DNA of 64,000 bases from a virus (Duplodnaviria > Heunggongvirae > Uroviricota > Caudoviricetes), in IMG/VR virus record IMGVR_UViG_3300029914_000004, one strand, 5' to 3'. Positions 17,480-26,858 of this stretch are shown piece after piece. Every line of letters begins with the position of its first letter. The first letter of the stretch is position 1. Below the pieces are notes generated by a model, which saw only the letters and a list, made by a program, of their open reading frames with translations, did not search any database and was not told where the DNA came from. Position numbers and translations under genes: made by a program.

Positions 17480-18181
17480 ATGGATGAAAAAGCACAACTA
17501 GCTGCTGTTCAACAAAATGGTTATGCAATTCAATACATCGACAAGCCAAGCGAAGCTGTGCAACTGGCTGCTGTTCAACAAAATGGTTGTGCAATTGAAT
17601 ACATCAGCAAGCCAAGCGAAGCTGTGCAACTGGCTGCTGTTCAACAAAATGGTTGTGCAATTGAATACATCAGCAAGCCAAGCAAAGCTGTGCAACTAGC
17701 TGCTGTTCAACAAGATGGTTGGGCAATTGAATACATCAGAAATCCAAGCGAAGCTGTGCAATTGGCTGCTGTTCAACAAGATGGTTGGGCAATTGAATAC
17801 ATCGACAATCCAAGCGAAGCTGTGCAAATGGCTGCTATTCAACAAAATGGTTGGGCAATTGAATACATCGACAATCCAAGCGAAGCTGTGCAAATGGCTG
17901 CTATTCAACAAAATGGTCGTGCAATTGAATACATCAGCAAGCCAAGCGAAGCTGTGCAAATGGCTGCTGTTCAACAAGATGGTTGTGCAATTAAATACAT
18001 CGACAAACCAAGCGAAGCTGTGCAAATGGCTGCTGTTCAACAAAATAGTGCGGTAATTCAATACATCGACAAGCCAAGCGAAGCTGTGCAACTGGCTGCT
18101 GTTCAAGAAAATAGTGCGGTAATTCAATTCATAAAAAATCCAACAATTAATGTCAAATTAGTGGCTAAATTGCTATCTTAA
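17480..18181 (+). CDS. DUF4116-like 20-aa tandem-repeat protein (about 11 repeats)
   Basis: Eleven near-identical 60-nt (20-aa) units PSEAVQLAAVQQNGxAIEYI(S/D)K; C-terminus INVKLVAKLLS. Confidence 0.7.
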   Translation: MDEKAQLAAVQQNGYAIQYIDKPSEAVQLAAVQQNGCAIEYISKPSEAVQLAAVQQNGCAIEYISKPSKAVQLAAVQQDGWAIEYIRNPSEAVQLAAVQQDGWAIEYIDNPSEAVQMAAIQQNGWAIEYIDNPSEAVQMAAIQQNGRAIEYISKPSEAVQMAAVQQDGCAIKYIDKPSEAVQMAAVQQNSAVIQYIDKPSEAVQLAAVQENSAVIQFIKNPTINVKLVAKLLS

Positions 18182-18212
18182 CATATTCAAAACAAAGCAC
18201 TTATTTTCTTAT

Positions 18213-18240
18213 TGACTTTACTCTTAAACGTTGATATACT
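18213..18240 (+). promoter_or_regulatory. promoter (TTGACT-N16-TATACT) variant
   Basis: Same 5' T-rich element; near-duplicate at 43097. Confidence 0.45.
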
Positions 18241-18483
18241 ATATTTGTAAGATAAATGGAGTTTTAGGTGTAGTAAAAATCCAAATGCAATTTAAAAGCA
18301 GATTTCGCCAAAAACTTATCATAAAGCGTCCACTGCTGCCAAAGTTTGGTCAGAACATGTATCTTTGTATATAGCACAAGATTTTGTACAGTTTGTTTGG
18401 GATTCTGTGCAATACCAACTAGCGTATCAGCGTAGTATCAAGATTTTCCAACAAATTCTACCATAATCAAAGGGGAATAAACA

Positions 18484-18663
18484 ATGAAGAAATCAAATCT
18501 TGTTGTATCGTCAGAGAATCAAGAACGCAAGCCAATTCAGACTGAAATAACTGTTGGCATGGCTCATACTATTCGCGGTGAGGGCACTCACATTATCATT
18601 CGTCCTGATGGAAAGATCAATCCACTCGATCCAGATAACGATTTGGCAATTCTGATCAGCTAA
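18484..18663 (+). CDS. small hypothetical protein (59 aa)
   Basis: RBS AAAGGGGAATAAACAATG; MKKSNLVVSS...; below the ORF-track cutoff. Confidence 0.4.
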   Translation: MKKSNLVVSSENQERKPIQTEITVGMAHTIRGEGTHIIIRPDGKINPLDPDNDLAILIS

Positions 18664-18695
18664 TTTATATCAATATCAAATAGTGAAAGGAAAAG

Positions 18696-19430
18696 ATGAT
18701 CGACAAAATATTTCCGCAAGATGAAGTTTGGGCTGCTGCTGTAGCAGCTCAAAGAATCAATGGCGTATATGTCAAGAGAGTAAACCACTTATATACACGA
18801 AATGCATCTTTTATTTCTTTTGATAACCCAAAAAATATCGTATCAGAAAATGATTCAAAGCCAACTAATGTTTCTTTAATAAGAGCATTTCTAAATTCTG
18901 ACAAGTCTAACCTCACACTTGAAGATTTTGAAAATGGTCAAAAGATTCGTGAATATTTTTGTACTCTAATATCTTTGATATTTTCTGGTGAAGCCAGAGA
19001 ATATATTAAGATGGCAGTCGCAGCGGCTGCATTGCAAACAATTTCTTTGACTGGAAAAGAGCTACCTTTAATTGCTTCAATGCCAGAGGCATATCAAAAG
19101 AATATGGAAAGAGAAAAAGTTCGATCTTTTCTTTCAGTAATGCAAGCAAATAGTGTTTCTATACCAAATTGTTCTAGTGCTTCCCCGAGTAGTTTTATAT
19201 TTACAGTAGTTGATTGCAAATTTAATAAAAAGTTTTGCCATACTCCATGGGCAATTAATGCTATCGTTTCAAACAAAGATGGCAGCAATTCTTTAGTGTA
19301 TTTTTTTGATTTTAAAGAATGGAAAGTTGGACAAACATATTCTGCTAGTGCATATGTAAAAAGAATAAATGAACAAATAACACAACTTGAATATGTAGCT
19401 CTGGAAAGTAAAATAAATGACAAAAAATAA
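18696..19430 (+). CDS. hypothetical protein
   Basis: 244-aa ORF. Confidence 0.5.
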   Translation: MIDKIFPQDEVWAAAVAAQRINGVYVKRVNHLYTRNASFISFDNPKNIVSENDSKPTNVSLIRAFLNSDKSNLTLEDFENGQKIREYFCTLISLIFSGEAREYIKMAVAAAALQTISLTGKELPLIASMPEAYQKNMEREKVRSFLSVMQANSVSIPNCSSASPSSFIFTVVDCKFNKKFCHTPWAINAIVSNKDGSNSLVYFFDFKEWKVGQTYSASAYVKRINEQITQLEYVALESKINDKK

Positions 19431-20037
19431 ATCATATGTTCAATGGTCAGTGGCCGCTGAATTTTCATTTGAAGAATTTCTAGAATTCTCTGGAGAAGTT
19501 GCAGTAAAAATTGAAAATGATTTATATCATGGCAGCACTGATTCTACCAGAATCAAATGTATTAAAAGAAGTTGCAAATGTGTCTTGTGTGGAATTACTG
19601 CCACTATAGTAAGATTGGAGAGACAAAAAGAAGCAACTGCTGGCAAACGAGATGGATTTCATTTCAATGTTTACGCAAAAGTTGAAGATAGGTCCAACGA
19701 AATTGGATATCGATATGTGTTATTGACTCAAGATCATATTTTTCCAAAATCACTTGGAGGGCCAACCACATTGAATAATCTTCAAACAATGTGTTCTGCC
19801 TGTAATCATAAAAAAGGAGATATCATAGATTTTAATAATCTTCCAGTGTTGGATGAAGATACGAAAAAGAATATCTGGGGGAAATTATGCCATGATGGAA
19901 CGACTTTCAAAACTATCGCATATCTTTTATGCTCTTCAAATGTCAAACTAAATCAAGAATTTGCAAAAGAATTGGGATGTGTTAGTTTATCCAGAATGAA
20001 ACAACCAGAACATCTATTAAAATTGTTTTTAATTTAA
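19417..20037 (+). CDS. HNH endonuclease
   Basis: LTQDHIFPKSLGGPTTLNNLQTMCSACNHKKGD (H-N-H motif) plus N-terminal Cys pairs. Confidence 0.75.
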   Translation: MTKNKSYVQWSVAAEFSFEEFLEFSGEVAVKIENDLYHGSTDSTRIKCIKRSCKCVLCGITATIVRLERQKEATAGKRDGFHFNVYAKVEDRSNEIGYRYVLLTQDHIFPKSLGGPTTLNNLQTMCSACNHKKGDIIDFNNLPVLDEDTKKNIWGKLCHDGTTFKTIAYLLCSSNVKLNQEFAKELGCVSLSRMKQPEHLLKLFLI

Positions 20038-20049
20038 GAGGAATATAAT

Positions 20050-21015
20050 ATGGCACACACTCGAAAATTACTTTTGATCCAAGGAGAATCAGGATCTGGA
20101 AAATCAACCTTTGCTAAAAAATATGTCGAGGATCATCCCAATTATATTAGAATAAATCGTGATGATTTACGCATCGAATTGGCTGATGAACCAAATGCCC
20201 CAAAAGGCGGAAAATTTGAACGCTTTGTTTCTTTGGTTGAAAAAAGCAGAGTTGATAAAGCTTTAAAGGAAAATAAATCAGTAATATTAGATAATACTCA
20301 TTTAAATTCAAACACTGTCGATGGATGGCGTAATTTCGCTCGTCATAAAGCAGAATTTGATATTTATCGAATGCAAACTCCAATGGAAGAGTGTATTTTG
20401 CGTGATTCAAAAAGAATTGGCAAATCACATGTGGGAACGGCTGTAATTCATCGTCAATTTCTTATGTCTGGTAGATTGCCCATTGATCTTTCAAAGAAAA
20501 TAGTGTTGTCTGATGTGGATGGAACTTTGATGGATTGCCATGGAATCCGCAGCCCATATGATGAAAGCAAAGTGTTGTTAGATAAACCTTTTCAAAATAT
20601 CATCAATGAAGTTAATAAATATCATGATGCTGGAAATACTGTTATTATTGTTTCTGGTCGGCATAGCACTTGCGGAGATGATACCATCACTTCACTTACT
20701 AAACATGGTGTAAAATTTGATTTTATTTTTATGCGCCACATGTGGGATAATAATCACGATTATATCGTGAAACAACAAATTTTGGACCAATTACTTAATG
20801 TTGTCCCAAAAGAGCAAATTATTAAAATATGGGATGACCGTCCACAAGTTGTAAAACAAGTGTGGCTCAAAAATAATTTACCAATTCAACCAGTTTTTAA
20901 AAATCAATTAATTCCTATCAATGAATGGACTACTGTTCATGATAAGAATTGCAAATTCATTGCAACCAATAGATTTGGTCGATGCCCTGATTGTGAAGCA
21001 TTGGAGGATTTTTAA
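20050..21015 (+). CDS. polynucleotide 5'-kinase/3'-phosphatase (T4 Pnk/PseT-like)
   Basis: N-terminal P-loop LLIQGESGSGKST and C-terminal HAD phosphatase motif VLSDVDGTL, in the same domain order as T4 Pnk. Confidence 0.65.
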   Translation: MAHTRKLLLIQGESGSGKSTFAKKYVEDHPNYIRINRDDLRIELADEPNAPKGGKFERFVSLVEKSRVDKALKENKSVILDNTHLNSNTVDGWRNFARHKAEFDIYRMQTPMEECILRDSKRIGKSHVGTAVIHRQFLMSGRLPIDLSKKIVLSDVDGTLMDCHGIRSPYDESKVLLDKPFQNIINEVNKYHDAGNTVIIVSGRHSTCGDDTITSLTKHGVKFDFIFMRHMWDNNHDYIVKQQILDQLLNVVPKEQIIKIWDDRPQVVKQVWLKNNLPIQPVFKNQLIPINEWTTVHDKNCKFIATNRFGRCPDCEALEDF

Positions 21016-21321
21016 ATGGAAGGAAACGCAGTGGTTCCTTGCCCAAATTGCAAATTTATGCTTAATGTAGAAGAAGATAAACTTGCAAAATCATATGGGA
21101 ACATTCTAATGGATGATTTTTTGGCTAAAGAAGCAAAAATCAATGTAGACCGTCGTGGGGTACTGGATAGTTCTTTGTCATTAACCTCAGAAGTGAATTT
21201 TAATTATGATAAATTTAAAATAATCATTACTGCTCATTGCGGCAGATGTAAATATGACTACCGCTTCAATCACGAAGAAAATATGAAAGATTTGATCTTA
21301 ATACAAAAATTGGCGAAATAA
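21016..21321 (+). CDS. zinc-ribbon protein
   Basis: CPNC...CGRC Cys pairs. Confidence 0.4.
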   Translation: MEGNAVVPCPNCKFMLNVEEDKLAKSYGNILMDDFLAKEAKINVDRRGVLDSSLSLTSEVNFNYDKFKIIITAHCGRCKYDYRFNHEENMKDLILIQKLAK

Positions 21322-21322
21322 A

Positions 21323-21580
21323 ATGGCAAAATTTGTTGTAGATTTATGGCTAGATGGATATGATTCTGAAGAAGAAATGATCGTGGCTTGTAAAGAATTC
21401 ATATATGAATCACTTAATATGACTGCTAGTTCTGTAAAAGTTGCAGATTTTTATCAATATACAAAAACAGCATGTCCTGCTTGTCTTGCCAATGATCATT
21501 CCCAGCATGATACTAGTGTCTATAAATTAGGTTGTCAAGATCAAACTACAGAAAAACCATGCGAATGCATGGTAGAATAA
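21323..21580 (+). CDS. hypothetical Cys-containing protein
   Basis: 85-aa ORF; ATGA overlap. Confidence 0.4.
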   Translation: MAKFVVDLWLDGYDSEEEMIVACKEFIYESLNMTASSVKVADFYQYTKTACPACLANDHSQHDTSVYKLGCQDQTTEKPCECMVE

Positions 21581-21592
21581 GAGGATATTATT

Positions 21593-22693
21593 ATGGCTTT
21601 GTGGCGAACTTTTGCTTGTAAAATTCAATTGCTTCCACATCCAAACGCAGATAGAATGGAAATTGCTCGTTGCAATTTCAATCAACTTGTGGTTGCTAAA
21701 GGAAATTATCAAGACGGTGATGTTATTGTCTTCGCACCAGAACGAGCAATTTTGCCTGATTCTTTGAAAGGCGAATATGTAAATTCTGAAACTGGAATCA
21801 GTTATCTTACTGGATCAGAGAAAAATAGAGTCAAAGCTATCAAACTGAGAGGAGAACCATCAGACGGAATTTCCCTTCCTATTGAATGGGTATTGGAGCA
21901 AGTTCCTGAATGGAATTCTGTCAAAGATATTCCTTTGGATATTGACATTTCAGAAAAACTTGGTATTTCAAAGTATGAACCTCCAATTCCTTATAATATG
22001 AGCGGAATTGTAAAATCTGTCGATACTTTAAATTTTGCACCGAAAGTCGCTCATCACGATGTTGAACAATTTCGTTTGTTCGCTGATGAATTTGATAAAA
22101 ATGAAGCTGTAATTTGCAGCGAAAAGTTGCACGGAACGCAAATCAATGTCTTTTTCTCTAAAACTGGAGAAATTGGAGTGTCTAGCAAAGGATTCAATTC
22201 CAGAGATTTGATCATTGAACAGGATGCAAAGAATCTCTACTGGCAAGCACTGGAAAATTCTGGTCTAATTAATTTTGTTAAATGCGAAATTCTTGAGTCA
22301 AATGCTCCAGAACTATACAAATCAGATGTTCAATTGGTTGGAGAAGTAATTCCTTGCCAAAAGAATTTTACATATGGTCAAACCAAACCAATTCTGAAGC
22401 TATTTCGTTTTATTGTAAATGGCAAGGAATATTCAGTTCTTGATCTTAACAGAATTTATGGAAAACAGTTCTTGAAAGATCATTGGGTGCCAATTCTTTA
22501 TCACGGAAAATTTGATCCTGAAATATTTGCAAAACTATCTTCTGGAAATGAAACTGTCTCTGGAAAAGGTTTGCACATCAAAGAAGGCATTGTTATTGCT
22601 CCAGAAATTCCGCGAGTAGCGCGAAGAGGATTTCTCCTTCTTTTAAAATGGCTAAATAAGAATTATAAACCAACAGATGAGGATTTTTCTTAA
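21593..22693 (+). CDS. RNA ligase with an N-terminal OB-like domain plus a nucleotidyltransferase domain (Rnl5/DraRnl-NgrRnl-like)
   Basis: Motif I KxHG (SEKLHGTQ) around residue 180, preceded by a roughly 110-aa domain, as in the Deinococcus and Naegleria ligases. Confidence 0.5.
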   Translation: MALWRTFACKIQLLPHPNADRMEIARCNFNQLVVAKGNYQDGDVIVFAPERAILPDSLKGEYVNSETGISYLTGSEKNRVKAIKLRGEPSDGISLPIEWVLEQVPEWNSVKDIPLDIDISEKLGISKYEPPIPYNMSGIVKSVDTLNFAPKVAHHDVEQFRLFADEFDKNEAVICSEKLHGTQINVFFSKTGEIGVSSKGFNSRDLIIEQDAKNLYWQALENSGLINFVKCEILESNAPELYKSDVQLVGEVIPCQKNFTYGQTKPILKLFRFIVNGKEYSVLDLNRIYGKQFLKDHWVPILYHGKFDPEIFAKLSSGNETVSGKGLHIKEGIVIAPEIPRVARRGFLLLLKWLNKNYKPTDEDFS

Positions 22694-23055
22694 TGTTTAA
22701 TATTTGTGAAGACGATTTGACCAATTCAAATTTATTAACTTTAAATTATACTAGAAGTGGAAAAATTGCATGTGCAATTCGTCAACTGTTTAACTGGTAT
22801 TGCCATATTCAAAATAAGGAATATAATCTTCCTTATAATGATGGGTATATCAACTATATACATGCTGATAAAAATTGGATTAAAGTTGATGGACTTATTA
22901 GTGGAAATGAATATCGATGGAATATTCCGATCCCATATAGAAATGAAATGAATATCCCTACTAAATGGTTATTTCAGGAAAACTGGAAAGAATTAATTGA
23001 ACAACAAATTAAACGAGATAAAAATGAATATCTCATAAAAAAATTAAGTGAATAA
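22693..23055 (+). CDS. EKLSE-family small protein
   Basis: C-terminus ENWKELIEQQIKRDKNEYLIKKLSE. Confidence 0.45.
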   Translation: MFNICEDDLTNSNLLTLNYTRSGKIACAIRQLFNWYCHIQNKEYNLPYNDGYINYIHADKNWIKVDGLISGNEYRWNIPIPYRNEMNIPTKWLFQENWKELIEQQIKRDKNEYLIKKLSE

Positions 23056-23279
23056 TGGAGAGTTTTATGATTTTATTTTTAGTAATTTTATATCTAATTT
23101 CTACAATTGAAGCCACGTATTTTTTCAGTAAATCTTGGTTATTCTATAACGATTTATATTTGGGAAATTTGATTTTTTGTTTTATACTGGGACTTTTACC
23201 TTGTGCTTTCGTTCCAGCGTTTATATTATATTTAATAACATATTCCAAGTTGCCAGCCCTTTTAATAAAGAAGAGATAA
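23055..23279 (+). CDS. small membrane protein
   Basis: 74 aa with two hydrophobic helices. Confidence 0.4.
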   Translation: MESFMILFLVILYLISTIEATYFFSKSWLFYNDLYLGNLIFCFILGLLPCAFVPAFILYLITYSKLPALLIKKR

Positions 23280-23602
23280 TGATTCCAGACGAATTAACGA
23301 GAGCATTACAATTGGTGGGGAAAGATCATCAATTAATTAATAACGAAGTTTCTATAATTTATAAAAAATTTCAAGAACTCAAATTGAAAATTTTGGGATA
23401 TTCATGGAACAATAAATGTGTGTCTATTTTTGATGTAATTGAATTAGATTATAATAATAAATTATTTTTCATTAATAAAAAACGTGGATGTTATTTATCA
23501 TTTCCAATTCGTTGGCTCAGCGATCCAAATTGGGAAAAAGAAGCAATAGAAGGGATCAAAATTGAGAGAGATTATGCTCTAATTGACAAACTACAATCAT
23601 AA
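23279..23602 (+). CDS. EKLSE-family small protein (variant C-terminus IDKLQS)
   Basis: ATG after AAGAGATA; NWEKEAIEGIKIERDYALIDKLQS; in the frame of ORF 23177..23602. Confidence 0.4.
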   Translation: MIPDELTRALQLVGKDHQLINNEVSIIYKKFQELKLKILGYSWNNKCVSIFDVIELDYNNKLFFINKKRGCYLSFPIRWLSDPNWEKEAIEGIKIERDYALIDKLQS

Positions 23603-23665
23603 GAAAACAAATGATTTATTTTGACTTTTAGGTTTATATTTGCTGTTCTAGATTAGAGGATCAAA

Positions 23666-24763
23666 ATGATTGTTTTAAATAAACTGCTGAATGTCGAGAC
23701 TTTGGAGCAATTAATTGCTGATGGATATATTTCTCGAAAATTTCACTCCAAATTTCCTTTGGCAATTTTGAACTATTCTCATAAAGCCAACTTTGATCCA
23801 AACTTGATATGGGGCAATGAGTTAAATTTCTGCCGAGGATTGATTTACAATACTGAAACTTTAGAAATTGTTAGTCGTCCATTTTCCAAATTCTGGAACA
23901 TTAATGATACTCGCCATCCTGAAACTATGGAAGAGAATCTTCCCAACGATATTCCTCTAATCACATCAAAGATGGATGGGAGCATGGGAGTATTTTATCA
24001 CTGGGATGGTGTAAATTATATTGCAACTCGTGGAAGTTTTGAGTCTGACCAATCAAATTGGGCCAATGAATGGCTTCATAAAAATTATCCTAATTTGATT
24101 CTTCCAAAAAATTATACTCTGCTATCAGAAATCCTTTTCAAATCTAATAGGATAGTCGTAGAATATGATTTTGAAGGACTTGTAATTTTGGGAGCAGTTC
24201 ATAAAGAAACTGGCCAGGAATTATCACGTCAAAATCTTGTAGATTATTGCGATATTACTAATCTAAACATCGTTCAAGACCACACCAAGTCTTTATCTGA
24301 GTGTGTTTCTGAAGACTTACCCAATTTTGAGGGATATGTCTTAACTTATTCAAATGGGTTAAAAGTTAAAATCAAAGAATTGACTTATTGCACCCTCCAT
24401 AAGATTATTACAGGTCTCAATCCTAAAGCAATTTGGGAATTGAAGCGTGATGGAAAAAATGAAACTATTGATAGTTGGTTGAATGATAAAATAATGCCGA
24501 TTGAATTCAAGAATTGGCTAAACAAGTGGGATGATCAATTATCCAATGATTTCTACAAAATATTGATGACGGCTGAATCTATTTTTAATAAGCAACCAAA
24601 AACTAATTCTCGTAAGGAAATTGCAACATATTTCTTACAAGGAGAAAACAAAGAGTATTCATCTATTTTATTCGGATTATTGGATGGCAAAGATGTTTCT
24701 CAAACAATTTGGAGAATGATTGAGCCAAAATTCAATGACGTATTTAGAGAAGATGGAGAGTAA
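23666..24763 (+). CDS. RNA ligase 1-like (T4 RnlA family)
   Basis: Motif I K-x-D-G (ITSKMDGSMGVF) around residue 100; 365 aa, similar in size to T4 Rnl1. Confidence 0.55.
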   Translation: MIVLNKLLNVETLEQLIADGYISRKFHSKFPLAILNYSHKANFDPNLIWGNELNFCRGLIYNTETLEIVSRPFSKFWNINDTRHPETMEENLPNDIPLITSKMDGSMGVFYHWDGVNYIATRGSFESDQSNWANEWLHKNYPNLILPKNYTLLSEILFKSNRIVVEYDFEGLVILGAVHKETGQELSRQNLVDYCDITNLNIVQDHTKSLSECVSEDLPNFEGYVLTYSNGLKVKIKELTYCTLHKIITGLNPKAIWELKRDGKNETIDSWLNDKIMPIEFKNWLNKWDDQLSNDFYKILMTAESIFNKQPKTNSRKEIATYFLQGENKEYSSILFGLLDGKDVSQTIWRMIEPKFNDVFREDGE

Positions 24764-24780
24764 AATCTCCATCTGATTTT

Positions 24781-25188
24781 TTATGTAATCCAATATTGAT
24801 AAAACAAATTATCAGTTGTTGCTGGAACAGTTGTAAATGTTATTGTTGTTCCGATTAAGGTATATCCAACACCAGGAATTAATGGAAAATTTTGCCATAA
24901 AATTAAAGTATTTGGTATTGGAATTGAAGGCAAAGAAAATATATTATTTATGCCATCTTGACTACCAACTGGAACTCCAGCAACTGGGATAATATTTCCG
25001 CTTCCCTCAGACACTGTTGTTAAAATTTCTGTATTTCCAACAAATGGCGCTCCATCATCGATATCACCATTTCCAATAAAAAGTCTCTGAGAATCGATTG
25101 CCCAACCAAGTTCTCCAGTAGAAAGTTGCGGCAAATTTATTTGCAGTCCGTGGCGAACTTCAATTTTGCTTGTCTGTTTTATGGCCAT
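24781..25188 (-). CDS. Gly-rich hypothetical protein (possible virion or fibre-related)
   Basis: 135 aa, G/P/T-rich. Confidence 0.4.
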   Translation of the reverse strand: MAIKQTSKIEVRHGLQINLPQLSTGELGWAIDSQRLFIGNGDIDDGAPFVGNTEILTTVSEGSGNIIPVAGVPVGSQDGINNIFSLPSIPIPNTLILWQNFPLIPGVGYTLIGTTITFTTVPATTDNLFYQYWIT

Positions 25189-25220
25189 TTGTTAAAATCC
25201 TCTATTGTATTTATTCAGAC

Positions 25221-25249
25221 TTGACATTTTGATTTGATTTTGGTATACT
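25221..25249 (+). promoter_or_regulatory. promoter with extended -10 (TTGACA-N17-TGgTATACT), copy 1
   Basis: 47-nt exact duplicate of 25485..25513. Confidence 0.55.
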
Positions 25250-25258
25250 GTATTTGTA

Positions 25259-25462
25259 GTGAGAAAGAGAGAAAAAATGGAAAGTGGAAAGTGGAAATAT
25301 GTATGGTTCGATTTATCTTTTATTTTGTTCATCTTTGCATGTACATTTTTGGCGTTTTTTCCTCCTATTGTGGCTGGATTTTGCTTGGGATTTTCTATTT
25401 TATGGGCTTTAATGGGAATTGGCGCAACTTTGCAAGAAATTCTTGAGCATCTAAAGCGTTGA
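25259..25462 (+). CDS. small membrane protein
   Basis: 67 aa with two hydrophobic helices. Confidence 0.45.
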   Translation: MRKREKMESGKWKYVWFDLSFILFIFACTFLAFFPPIVAGFCLGFSILWALMGIGATLQEILEHLKR

Positions 25463-25484
25463 TTCTATTCAACTTAAAAAATAC

Positions 25485-25513
25485 TTGACATTTTGATTTG
25501 ATTTTGGTATACT
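25485..25513 (+). promoter_or_regulatory. promoter with extended -10, copy 2
   Basis: Identical to copy 1. Confidence 0.55.
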
Positions 25514-25539
25514 GTATTTGTAGTGGAAAATAGGAAAAT

Positions 25540-25677
25540 ATGAAATTTCTACTTGGAATGGTTATTGGATTTCTTCTGGTACTATTCATTTGGTTTTTCT
25601 TGATACCTGTCCTCGAATTTCTTGCAGTAATGGTAAGTTTGGCTATTATTTGCCTACCTAAGCACCGTTTTGATTGA
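25540..25677 (+). CDS. small membrane protein (45 aa)
   Basis: MKFLLGMVIGFLLVLFIWFFLIPVLEFLAVMVSLAIICLPKHRFD. Confidence 0.4.
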   Translation: MKFLLGMVIGFLLVLFIWFFLIPVLEFLAVMVSLAIICLPKHRFD

Positions 25678-25776
25678 CAAACAATTTGGATTCTGTTATA
25701 CTAATTTTGTATTGTAATATTGCCTTGGATCAACGATTGATTGGCCAATGAGCAAAACCTCAACTGAGCAACAAAG

Positions 25777-26367
25777 TTGCTCCAAACCATAAAGGACAAA
25801 TTATTTATGAGTATTGTATTGGATGCACGCACTTTTTCGCACGCTGGCTCAACTCTTCACAACGGCACATATAAGGCCCGTTTTGCAAATCATCCTGCTG
25901 TTCGCACCAAGATTCTTACTGGAGAGGGACACACAGAAATCGTTCTGGTTGAACTTCCAACTCCAATGAGCAAGCTTGAAGCAATTGCTTGGCTAAAGGA
26001 AAATAAGCCTGCTGGTGTAAATTTGGCATCACTTGATGCCAAGGAAAATTACATCAATAACCAGATTGCAACCATCACAAAGCAAAGTCTCCCAAAGACA
26101 CCAAAGGTTGCGAAGGTGCCATCTGGTCGCAAGCGCGGTCGCCCTCGTCTGAGTGATGAAGTTAAGGCTGCTCGTCTTGCTGCGAAACGTGCTTCAAATC
26201 CAGTAAAGTCAGTAACTCCTGTAGTTGCTGAAGTTGTTCCAACTGTTGCAACCACCTCAAATCCTGTCGTAACTTCGATTGTTTCTGCTGTGAAGAAGTC
26301 GCGGTCAGGGTCAATTCGCGCCAAAGCTGCTTCTGTGGCTGCTGTAGCTACTGCTAATACAAAGTAA
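25777..26367 (+). CDS. AT-hook-containing, Ala/Val-rich basic protein (putative DNA-binding)
   Basis: SGRKRGRPRLS AT-hook; GC-richer than the background. Confidence 0.45.
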   Translation: MLQTIKDKLFMSIVLDARTFSHAGSTLHNGTYKARFANHPAVRTKILTGEGHTEIVLVELPTPMSKLEAIAWLKENKPAGVNLASLDAKENYINNQIATITKQSLPKTPKVAKVPSGRKRGRPRLSDEVKAARLAAKRASNPVKSVTPVVAEVVPTVATTSNPVVTSIVSAVKKSRSGSIRAKAASVAAVATANTK

Positions 26368-26421
26368 ATTCAAACACAGAGCCAGTAGAATTCACTTTCT
26401 GCTGGCTCTGAAAGGTTATAT

Positions 26422-26613
26422 ATGAAACTATTTTGGGGATTAATTGAAACTGAGCCTAAACACAAACATACTTTTGATGGTGGTAAGTGGAATAATACAA
26501 ATACATTGACCATGACTGCTTTTGGACAACCTGCTGGAAGCATCGATTATTATCAAAATACATGCTTGACTTGCGGAGAGTTAGTTGAAAAGGGATATAA
26601 AAGAGTGTCTTAA
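26422..26613 (+). CDS. hypothetical protein
   Basis: 63-aa ORF. Confidence 0.35.
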   Translation: MKLFWGLIETEPKHKHTFDGGKWNNTNTLTMTAFGQPAGSIDYYQNTCLTCGELVEKGYKRVS

Positions 26614-26852
26614 TGGAAGATTATCAAAAAGCAGTTGAATTAAATTTGACAAAAATCGATAGATGTAGTACTGGTCAAGATCATCATCCAATGTCTGAGC
26701 GCATAATGAGATTTTTAGCGGAACATGCTTATAAAGATCATAATGATTACTTTTGTTGGAAATTGGGCGGGGATGGAGATAACGGAGAAGAACTAATGTT
26801 TGAATTGGATACATTTTTTGAATTATTAAATAAAATTGAACATAAATTATAG
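26613..26852 (+). CDS. hypothetical protein
   Basis: 79-aa ORF. Confidence 0.4.
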   Translation: MEDYQKAVELNLTKIDRCSTGQDHHPMSERIMRFLAEHAYKDHNDYFCWKLGGDGDNGEELMFELDTFFELLNKIEHKL

Positions 26853-26858
26853 AGGACA

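Noticed and set aside
17498-18127. Long antisense and alternate-frame ORFs inside repeat genes (for example 17696..18127 on the minus strand, 28007..28438 on the minus strand, 42558..43031 on the minus strand, 44187..44756 on the minus strand, and the + strand alternate frames)
   Set aside because: These are artefacts of the periodic stop-free repeat sequence. They have no promoters or RBS and duplicate the sense-frame periodicity.
17480-18181. The 60-nt tandem repeats as a CRISPR array
   Set aside because: Repeats are contiguous with no spacers, in-frame, and encode a conserved 20-aa protein repeat. This is a coding tandem repeat, not a CRISPR.
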